Shown here: one piece after another, positions 57,119 to 64,000 of the stretch | Position numbering within the stretch: position 1 is the stretch's first letter | Layout of the letters: the number at the start of each line of letters is the position of its first letter | NCBI GenBank assembly: GCA_038321865.1 | Contig: JBBQFH010000002.1 | Coordinates: 96,001 to 160,000 of the forward strand | DNA length: 64,000 nucleotides | DNA from: Gemmatimonadales bacterium | GTDB taxonomy: Bacteria > Gemmatimonadota > Gemmatimonadetes > Gemmatimonadales > GWC2-71-9 | Direction of reading: 5' to 3' | Notes under the pieces: model-generated | The model's database searches: none | Seen by the model: the letters and a program-made list of their open reading frames with translations, nothing else | What the model was told of the DNA's origin: nothing | Position numbers and translations under genes: made by a program

Positions 57119-57769
57119 TCAGACTTGCTGACCGCGGCTGGCGCCGAAAGTTTCCGGTCTGGCCCGCTGGAGCACTGCCCATGCGAGCTCGGCCACCCGC
57201 TCGGCTGGCAGCCCTGCATCCAAATGTATCACCCCTGTGCCAGCGGCCTGACGATACGCGGCCCAGACGCGCTGGTGAAAACCGACATCCTCCTGCTCGA
57301 TCCGGTCCGGCGCCTTGCCCGAAGCAGTCTGGCGGGCGCGCCCAGCCGCCGGATCCACATCTAGAACCAGCGTAACATCAGGAGCGGTACCCATTGTCGC
57401 ACAAGCGTTTACCTGCTCGACCATCGGCCGTTCCAGCCCACGACCTGCCACCTGGTAAGCAAAGGTCGACAGGTCGAATCGATCCGACATGACGACACGT
57501 CCGTCTTTCAGCGCCGGACGGATTACCTCGTGCACCAGGCTGGAGCGGGCCGCGGTCATGAAGAGCAGTTCCGAATGCGCGTTCATCCTGGCGCCAGGAT
57601 CAAGCAGCAGCTCCCGTATCCGCTCCGCAGCGGGTGTACCTCCCGGCTCGCGCACGATCACCGGGTCGATCCCGCGTTCCCGCATGCGGCCTGCAAGAGC
57701 TGCGCCCAGCGTCGACTTCCCGGCCCCTTCCGGTCCTTCCAGCACCAGGAAGAAGCCGGGGCTGGTCAC
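57119..57769 (-). CDS. tmk: Thymidylate kinase
   Basis: EGPEGAGKST, REPGGT, SDRF, AYQ, PDVTLVLDV. Confidence 0.95.
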   Translation of the reverse strand: MTSPGFFLVLEGPEGAGKSTLGAALAGRMRERGIDPVIVREPGGTPAAERIRELLLDPGARMNAHSELLFMTAARSSLVHEVIRPALKDGRVVMSDRFDLSTFAYQVAGRGLERPMVEQVNACATMGTAPDVTLVLDVDPAAGRARQTASGKAPDRIEQEDVGFHQRVWAAYRQAAGTGVIHLDAGLPAERVAELAWAVLQRARPETFGASRGQQV

Positions 57770-58119
57770 GCGAGGGTGATGATGCTGCTGGTCGCGCCGC
57801 GCTCCATGCCTTCGCTGATCTGCTGGTTCACCTTCGCCATGAGCTTTTCGAAGTTGGTGCGCGCGACGACGTACGCCTGACCGGTCGTACTGGTCTCCAG
57901 CTCACGCACCGCGGTCTCATACGCCTCCGCCGTAGGCTCATCGGGCATCTGGCCGGACGCGACGAGCTGGTCCACCTGGCGCGCGAGCGTCTGAATCTGG
58001 TCAAGCTTGGCGACGGTGTCCTTGTCCTCTCGCAGGGCGCCTTCGGCGCGGCGGAGCGCCTGATATTCCGCCGCCTGTCCGATCAGGCGGCCCAGCTCCT
58101 GTGCCTTGTCCCAGATCAC
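57766..58119 (-). CDS. YlbF/YmcA (Com_YlbF) family protein
   Basis: IWDKAQELGRLI....EY..L helical pattern; coupled between prmC and tmk. Confidence 0.7.
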   Translation of the reverse strand: MIWDKAQELGRLIGQAAEYQALRRAEGALREDKDTVAKLDQIQTLARQVDQLVASGQMPDEPTAEAYETAVRELETSTTGQAYVVARTNFEKLMAKVNQQISEGMERGATSSIITLA

Positions 58120-58970
58120 GATTCCGTGCTCCTCCGCGCGAACAGGTATCGATCGCGCCCGTATAGGTCGGTCTCAACGACGATGTCGCGCCAGCCGAAT
58201 GCTGACGCGCGCCCGGCGACCGCAGCCGCCCGATTGCAATCCACTTCCAGCGCGATCCAGCCCCCAGGCCTCACCACGCGCAGTCCGTCTCGCAGCAGCA
58301 GCGACGTCGCCGCGAGACCGTCGGCGCCGCTCACCAGGGCGGACCCCGGCTCCCAGTCACGAACCGACGGATCGAGGGCGGCGTATTCGTCGGCCGTAAG
58401 ATAGGGTGGATTCGAGACCAGCGCGTCGATTGACGCATCGGCCAGCGCGAAGGTCAGATCCCCCCGCAGCAGCGGCACGTTCACACCACAGCGCCGGCTG
58501 TTGGCCCGGGCGACCGCGAGCGCGGCTGCGGAACAGTCCAGCCCGGTGACCGATGCATAGCCGCCTTCGCGCGCGAGACTCAGCGCGATGCAGCCGCTGC
58601 CCGTGCCGACGTCCACCACCGCTCCCGCATCGACGCGGGCGAGCACACCTGCTACCAGCCCTTCCGTCTCGGGCCGCGGAATCAGCACGCGGCGATCCAC
58701 CAGCAGCTCCAGCAAGCGGAACCCGGCGATCCCCGTGACGTATGGCAGCGGCTCTCCGACGGCGCGGCGCGCGATCGCGCGCTCGAGCCCGTCGGCCTCG
58801 GACGGATCGAGCAGCCCATCGCCGAGGCCGAAGGCCTCCGCCGGCGAGCGGTTGCAGAGGGCGGCCCAGAGCTGCCGCACCTCGCGCCCGGCGTGCTCGA
58901 TCCCGGCCGCGTCCAGGGTGGCGCGCCCAGCCCGCAGCAGCGATGCGAGTGGGGCGGCGGTGTCAGGCAT
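58116..58970 (-). CDS. prmC: Release factor glutamine methyltransferase
   Basis: GEPLPYVTG, VLIPRPETE, DVGTGSGCIA, SNPPY. Confidence 0.95.
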   Translation of the reverse strand: MPDTAAPLASLLRAGRATLDAAGIEHAGREVRQLWAALCNRSPAEAFGLGDGLLDPSEADGLERAIARRAVGEPLPYVTGIAGFRLLELLVDRRVLIPRPETEGLVAGVLARVDAGAVVDVGTGSGCIALSLAREGGYASVTGLDCSAAALAVARANSRRCGVNVPLLRGDLTFALADASIDALVSNPPYLTADEYAALDPSVRDWEPGSALVSGADGLAATSLLLRDGLRVVRPGGWIALEVDCNRAAAVAGRASAFGWRDIVVETDLYGRDRYLFARRSTES

Positions 58971-60021
58971 CGAGCTGCTCCTGGCGGCTCGCCATCCGCA
59001 GCGCATCCACCATCTCGTCCAGCTGACCGTTCATGACGTCTGCGAGATTGTGCACCGAGAGGTTGATGCGATGGTCGGTGACCCGGCTCTGGGGATAATT
59101 GTAGGTCCGGATCTTGGCGGACCGATCTCCGGTCCCGACCATCGCACGCCGCTCGTGGGCCCGGGCGGCTTCCTGCTGGGAGATCATCCGGTCGAGCAGG
59201 CGGGCGCGCAGCACTTCCATTCCCTTGATCTTGTTCTGCAGCTGTGATTTCTGGTCCTGCTGGCTCACCACCAGTCCGGTCGGCAGGTGGGTGATTCGCA
59301 CCGCGCTGTCGGTGGTGTTGACGCTCTGCCCACCCGGGCCTGACGATCGAAAGACGTCGATTTTCAGTTCCTGCGGATCGATCTTCACGTCGACCTCCTC
59401 GGCCTCCGGCAGGACCGCCACCGTCGCGGCCGAGGTGTGGATGCGGCCCTGCGTCTCCGTGGCGGGCACGCGCTGTACGCGATGCACACCGGACTCGCGG
59501 CGCAGCAGGCCGAACGCCTCGGGGCCGCGCACGGCGACGATCGCCTCCTTGATGCCGCCCAGGGTCCCCTCGCTCAGCGTAATGGTTTCCCACGTCAATC
59601 CGCGTCGCTCGGCGAATCGCTGGTACATCCGCGACAGGTCGGCGGCGAACAGGGCCGCCTCGTCACCACCGGTGCCGGCACGGATCTCGACGATGGCATC
59701 GCGATCGTCGTGCGGATCACGCGGCATGAGCAGGGCGTGCAGCTCAGCCTCGAGCGCCGCGATTTCAGGCGGCAGCCCCGCAAGATCGGGTCGCGCGAGC
59801 GCAACAAGCTCGGGATCGGCCTCTTCGGCCATCTCCCGAGCCTGATTCAGCTGGTCCTGCAGCCGCGCAAGGCGGTCGGCGACGCGAACGACCGGCGCCA
59901 GCCGGGTATGCTCGCGGCCCAGCAGCTTCAACTGGGCCGGGTCGCGAGTGACCGCGGGGTCGATCAGGAGCCGTGCAACTTCCTCCGCCCGGCCCAGCGC
60001 CTGGCGGAGTCTGGCCTCCAC
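58963..60021 (-). CDS. prfA: Peptide chain release factor 1
   Basis: EIRAGTGGDEA, ESGVHRVQRVPATE (PxT), GPGGQSVNTTDSA, IRTYNYPQ. Confidence 0.97.
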   Translation of the reverse strand: MEARLRQALGRAEEVARLLIDPAVTRDPAQLKLLGREHTRLAPVVRVADRLARLQDQLNQAREMAEEADPELVALARPDLAGLPPEIAALEAELHALLMPRDPHDDRDAIVEIRAGTGGDEAALFAADLSRMYQRFAERRGLTWETITLSEGTLGGIKEAIVAVRGPEAFGLLRRESGVHRVQRVPATETQGRIHTSAATVAVLPEAEEVDVKIDPQELKIDVFRSSGPGGQSVNTTDSAVRITHLPTGLVVSQQDQKSQLQNKIKGMEVLRARLLDRMISQQEAARAHERRAMVGTGDRSAKIRTYNYPQSRVTDHRINLSVHNLADVMNGQLDEMVDALRMASRQEQLDA

Positions 60022-60024
60022 GAA

Positions 60025-60240
60025 CTACGCCTTGGCCGGCGCGTCGGTCTGATACCGCTTGCGAAAGCGATCGACGCGTCCGGCGGTGTCGATCATGCGC
60101 TGCTTGCCGGTGAAGTATGGATGGCACTGGGCGCATACTTCGACGTGGATATTATCCGACGTCGAGCGGGTTTCGAACGTGTTGCCGCAGGCGCACTTCA
60201 CAGTCAGCTTCTGGTACATCGGATGGAGATCGGCCTTCAC
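60025..60240 (-). CDS. rpmE: 50S ribosomal protein L31 (Zn-binding type)
   Basis: HPMY, CACGN, CAQCHPYFTGKQ, GRVDRF. Confidence 0.96.
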   Translation of the reverse strand: MKADLHPMYQKLTVKCACGNTFETRSTSDNIHVEVCAQCHPYFTGKQRMIDTAGRVDRFRKRYQTDAPAKA

Positions 60241-60360
60241 GGGATAACTCCTTGCAGGTGGCCACGCTCAGAGAAGCGGCGGCGGCGTACGACTTCGGGA
60301 CCAGCCGGTCAATCTAGCCCGGGTCCGCGGCCGGGAGCAAGGCGGCGGAGCTGGCCTCGA

Positions 60361-60389
60361 TTGACACGGTGGAAAGGTGCAAGTATCCT
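60361..60389 (+). promoter_or_regulatory. Sigma70 promoter for the Crp/Fnr gene (divergent from rpmE)
   Basis: TTGACA-17 nt-TATCCT. A weaker divergent TTGCTC-18 nt-TAGATT lies at 60340-60311 on the minus strand. Confidence 0.6.
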
Positions 60390-60434
60390 AACGCCTTACA
60401 CTTCCATATCGTTCCCGCCACTGACGAGGCGTAC

Positions 60435-61112
60435 GTGCCGCTGACACCGATGCAGGTCTTGAAGAAGGTTCCCCTCTTCTCGGGACTTTCCGAAGCCGAT
60501 CTCACGGCGTTCGCCGACCTGACCCGGGAGCGCAGCTACCCCAAGGGCAGCGTCATCGTCTTCGAAGATGACCCGGGTGATTCGCTGTACCTGGTCGCCG
60601 GCGGTCAGGTAAAGGTCGTACTGATCGCCGAAGATGGCCGAGAGGTGATCCTCTCGGTATTGGGCGAGGGCACATTCTTCGGGGAGATGGCGGTGATCGA
60701 CGAGGAGCCACGATCGGCGCACGTGATCGCCATGGACGATTCCAACCTTCTGGTACTCCGGCGCGAGGACTTCCACGCCCGGCTGCGACAGTCCCCCGAA
60801 GTCGCGATCGCACTGCTGAAGGAGATTTCGCGCCGGCTCAGACGGGCTGATGAGAAGATCGGAAGCCTGGTCCTGCTCGACGTCAACGGGCGGGTCGCGA
60901 ACCTGCTCCTTCGCATGGCCGAGGACGAAGGCGGAGACCGGATCACCCGCAAGCTCACTCACCACACGATTGCGCAGATGATCGGCTCCAGCCGCGAGAC
61001 GGTATCACGCACGATGCGCAACCTGGTCGAGCGAGGCATCATTCAGGTGACCCGCAAGGACATTACGCTCAAGGATCGTCACTCCCTGATGCTGGCTGCG
61101 CGGCGGTCGTGA
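60435..61112 (+). CDS. Crp/Fnr family transcriptional regulator
   Basis: cNMP-binding FFGEMA...PRSA; HTH IAQMIGSSRETVSR. Start is GTG 60435 or ATG 60450. Confidence 0.93.
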   Translation: MPLTPMQVLKKVPLFSGLSEADLTAFADLTRERSYPKGSVIVFEDDPGDSLYLVAGGQVKVVLIAEDGREVILSVLGEGTFFGEMAVIDEEPRSAHVIAMDDSNLLVLRREDFHARLRQSPEVAIALLKEISRRLRRADEKIGSLVLLDVNGRVANLLLRMAEDEGGDRITRKLTHHTIAQMIGSSRETVSRTMRNLVERGIIQVTRKDITLKDRHSLMLAARRS

Positions 61113-61207
61113 TTCGGGTCACCCGGGGCGGGTAACCTCCGCCCCCGCCCCGAGCGCCGCAGCATGCCAGGTTGCTGGATGCATTTCCGCATACAGCGCC
61201 CCGTGCC

Positions 61208-62074
61208 GTGACCTACGACGTCAAGTTCTGGGGCACCCGTGGCTCCATCCCTACGCCCGGGCCGGAAACCGCGCGCTACGGTGGCAACACCCCGTGCATT
61301 ACCCTGGCGGGCCCCGGGCCCCTCATCATCCTCGACGCCGGCAGCGGCCTTCGCTGCCTCGGCCATGAGCTCATGCAGGCCGTCCCGCCCCGCCGGCTGC
61401 ACGCGGACCTGCTGCTTTCCCACACGCACTGGGACCACATTCAGGGCCTGCCGTTCTTCAAGCCGCTGAGCCAGCCAGGCAACGCCCTCTCGATCTTCGG
61501 TGCGCCCCAGGAAGGGGTGCCGCTGGAGGAGATCCTGGGCCGGCAGATGGATCCGATGGTCTTTCCCGTTCCGCTCAAGGCGCTCGCCGCATCGATCCAC
61601 GTGAACGACATCAGCCCGGGGCGCTTCGAGATCGACGGGTACCGGGTAGACGCTTTCCGGCTTCGCCATCCGGGCACGACGCTCGGCTACCGGCTAATGC
61701 CGCTCGACGGCGGGCGCGAGTTCGCGTATCTCACCGATAACGAGCTCGGCGCCGGCGGCTCGTACGACCTGCCCGCCGATTGGCGGGACGGGCTCCTGGA
61801 CGCTCTCGCCGGCGTGGATACGCTGGTGCACGACGCGATGTACTCGGAGGCGATGATTACGGCGCGCGCCGGCTGGGGACATTCGACGCCGACCGAGGCG
61901 ATCGATCTGGCGGCCGCCGCAGGGTGCCGGCAGCTGGTCCTGTTCCACCACGAGCCGGAGCACGACGATCACGACGTCGATGAAATGCTCGCCACGGCCC
62001 GCCGATACGCCCGCGATACCGCGCCGGCGTTGACCGTCATCGCCGCGGCCGAGGGGATGACGCTTACCCTGTAG
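61208..62074 (+). CDS. MBL-fold metallo-hydrolase
   Basis: FWGTRGSIP, YGGNTPC, DAGSG, SHTHWDHIQGLPFF, GWGHS, LFHHEP. Confidence 0.9.
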   Translation: MTYDVKFWGTRGSIPTPGPETARYGGNTPCITLAGPGPLIILDAGSGLRCLGHELMQAVPPRRLHADLLLSHTHWDHIQGLPFFKPLSQPGNALSIFGAPQEGVPLEEILGRQMDPMVFPVPLKALAASIHVNDISPGRFEIDGYRVDAFRLRHPGTTLGYRLMPLDGGREFAYLTDNELGAGGSYDLPADWRDGLLDALAGVDTLVHDAMYSEAMITARAGWGHSTPTEAIDLAAAAGCRQLVLFHHEPEHDDHDVDEMLATARRYARDTAPALTVIAAAEGMTLTL

Positions 62075-62110
62075 TCGCGGCCTGGCCGCTACCCGAGCTT
62101 GGTCTCAGGG

Positions 62111-63118
62111 TCAGAGCAGGACGTCTCTCCCCTCCGCCGCCGATCGGTAGATCGCATCGACGATCTTGTGGAGCGTGACGTGCTCCTGAAGGGACGGTGC
62201 CTTGGCGTCGCCGGCGATTACCGCCTGGAAGTGCGCCCACTCGGCGCGATACGATGCCGTAAAGGCGTTCTCGCGCCCCGCGGAGCCGGTTGGCGAGACA
62301 TCCGTCGGGACGCCATTCAGCTCCTTCCACACGGTCAGCGGGTTGATGGCGGCCGTCCCCTTGGCGCCTCGCAGCCCGAGACCGAACCGCTCGCCGTCAC
62401 CGATGTGCCGCCAGGTCACGTCGACGAAAATCGACGCGCCGTTCTCACAGACGACGAAGGCGCTTCCGGACTCCTCGACCGCTGTCTTCCCGGGAACATC
62501 GAGCGACGCGCTCACCCGCGCCGGCTTGGGGTTGCCCGCCAGCCAGAGCGCGAGATCGATGACCGAGAGGCCGAGATCGAGCATCACTCCACCGCCCGAC
62601 AATTCCCGCTTCTGCCGCCAGCCCAGCTGGGCCCGGCTCGGGCGGAAGACGTGCCAGCTCCCCCGGACGCTGTCGATCACCCCAAGCTCCCCGCTCTGCA
62701 CGAAGCCGCGCACCGTCTGCACGTCAGGGCGGTAGCGGTGGTTCATGCCGACCATCACCGTCTTGCTGCGACGCTCGGCCGCCTTCACGATCCGCTGCGC
62801 CCCGGCGGCGTTCGAGGCGAGCGGCTTCTCGACCAGTACGTGCAGGTCGGCGGAGAGGGCCGCGAGCACGTGCGATTCATGCAGATGATTCGGCGTGCAG
62901 ATCACCAGGGCGTCGAGCTCCTCGAAGCGCAGCAGGTCCTCGATGTCATCGAACGCGTCCTTGATCCCGAACCGGTTGGCGAGCGCGCGCGCCTTGAGCC
63001 GGTCCGTGTCACAGATGGCCCGGACCTCCACCGTCTTGAGCTTCTTCAGGATGGGCAGATGTGCCACCTGGACGATGGCACCGCCGCCGATGATCCCTAC
63101 CCTGAGCGGATCGCCCAC
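62111..63118 (-). CDS. Gfo/Idh/MocA family oxidoreductase
   Basis: SD GAGGAGG then GTG; VGIIGGG, CTPNHLH, LVEKP, GGGVMLDLG. Confidence 0.9.
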   Translation of the reverse strand: MGDPLRVGIIGGGAIVQVAHLPILKKLKTVEVRAICDTDRLKARALANRFGIKDAFDDIEDLLRFEELDALVICTPNHLHESHVLAALSADLHVLVEKPLASNAAGAQRIVKAAERRSKTVMVGMNHRYRPDVQTVRGFVQSGELGVIDSVRGSWHVFRPSRAQLGWRQKRELSGGGVMLDLGLSVIDLALWLAGNPKPARVSASLDVPGKTAVEESGSAFVVCENGASIFVDVTWRHIGDGERFGLGLRGAKGTAAINPLTVWKELNGVPTDVSPTGSAGRENAFTASYRAEWAHFQAVIAGDAKAPSLQEHVTLHKIVDAIYRSAAEGRDVLL

Positions 63119-63150
63119 GATTCCTCCTCGCTCGGCCACGCCGGTGGCCT

Positions 63151-64000
63151 TCAGTAAAGGCGCTGCAGCTCGGTTCCCGGAAAATAGGCGGATAGAATTT
63201 CGGGGTAGCGCTGGCCCGCGCGCGCCCGTCCGACCGCTCCCCACTGGCACATCCCCACTCCGTGGCCGGCTCCGCGCCCGTCGGCGACCAGCCGGGTCAC
63301 CTGGCCACCCGCGTGCGCCGACGACAGCTCGAACAGGTTGCTGCGCAGAATGTCGCCATTTGTGGTCCGCAGCACCGACCGGATCTGCTGGCCGTCCACG
63401 CGAATGTTGCCCGAGGAGGTGGTGATGGAGAGGGCGGCCACCCGGCCTGACGGGGTTCGACCCACCGGCGTGACGGCAAGTATGCGCCCGAGGCGATCGC
63501 TCGCCACCACGCGGGACTCGACCAGCGTTCGCGAGAGAATGGTCCGAAGCGCCTCCCCGTTCCACTCATCCCGCCAATGGAACCGCGGAGAAATGCTGCA
63601 GTACGCCACGCCATCGGGCGCCACGTCGGCGATCGAGCGGAGATAGGGGCGAGCGGCACCGCGGAACGCCTCAACCCCGTCGGCGGTGCGGCCGCCACAG
63701 GTCGAAAAGAAAAATGCATCGATCGGCGACCCGCCTGACGTCACCGCTTCACCGCGTGTATCTCGCACGCTCTGCACCGCCAGCGTATTTTCCGCCATCA
63801 CCCCGCCGTACACCTGGTCCACGACCGTGGCGTAGTAGTCGAAACCCTGGGTCCGCCAGCGACCAACGTTCCGGAGGGCGTACGTGCGCGACACGACCGC
63901 CTGAGCGCGCAGGGCCTCGATTTCACTGGTATCCCGGCGACCCATCTCGCCACCGACGACCCCCGACACGTAATCCTCGAGCCCGACCCGGTTGACGAGG
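63151..64000 (-). CDS. SpoIID/LytB domain protein (partial; 5' end lies beyond the window)
   Basis: VNRVGLEDYVSGVVGGEM, EALRAQAVVSRTYA, DQVYGG, FFSTCGG, GAGHGVGMCQWGA. Confidence 0.92.
   Translation of the reverse strand, partial: LVNRVGLEDYVSGVVGGEMGRRDTSEIEALRAQAVVSRTYALRNVGRWRTQGFDYYATVVDQVYGGVMAENTLAVQSVRDTRGEAVTSGGSPIDAFFFSTCGGRTADGVEAFRGAARPYLRSIADVAPDGVAYCSISPRFHWRDEWNGEALRTILSRTLVESRVVASDRLGRILAVTPVGRTPSGRVAALSITTSSGNIRVDGQQIRSVLRTTNGDILRSNLFELSSAHAGGQVTRLVADGRGAGHGVGMCQWGAVGRARAGQRYPEILSAYFPGTELQRLY

Overview
A GC-rich bacterial chromosome segment made up mostly of housekeeping genes. Gene content and order (selA, purNH, gltX, DUF4159/DUF4175 cluster, ispE-tRNA-Gln, prs-rplY-pth-ychF-rpsF-rpsR-DUF2232-rplI, DAK2-DegV, rsfS, smc, aroF, lolA, rpmE-prfA-prmC-tmk) suggest a diderm of the Gemmatimonadota/FCB type; this is inference, not verified. 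About 50 CDSs and three tRNAs (Ser-UGA, Ser-GCU, Gln-UUG). I saw no CRISPR array, integrase, transposase or prophage genes. Most notable: (1) dispersed uncharacterised lipoprotein genes with sigma54-type promoters, upstream palindromes and a shared ACATTCGTAACG motif; (2) a ~4.4 kb kinase plus lectin-like lipoprotein cassette between tRNA-Gln and prs; (3) a JAB/MPN domain fused to an Fe-S DinG helicase, in a translationally coupled operon with exported DUF4159, DUF4175, TPR and Tat proteins; (4) a tandem Hpt-like protein lacking the phosphoacceptor histidines; (5) probable non-canonical start codons (CTG for pth, ATT for a flippase-like gene). All family assignments come from motifs recognised by eye; no searches were run.
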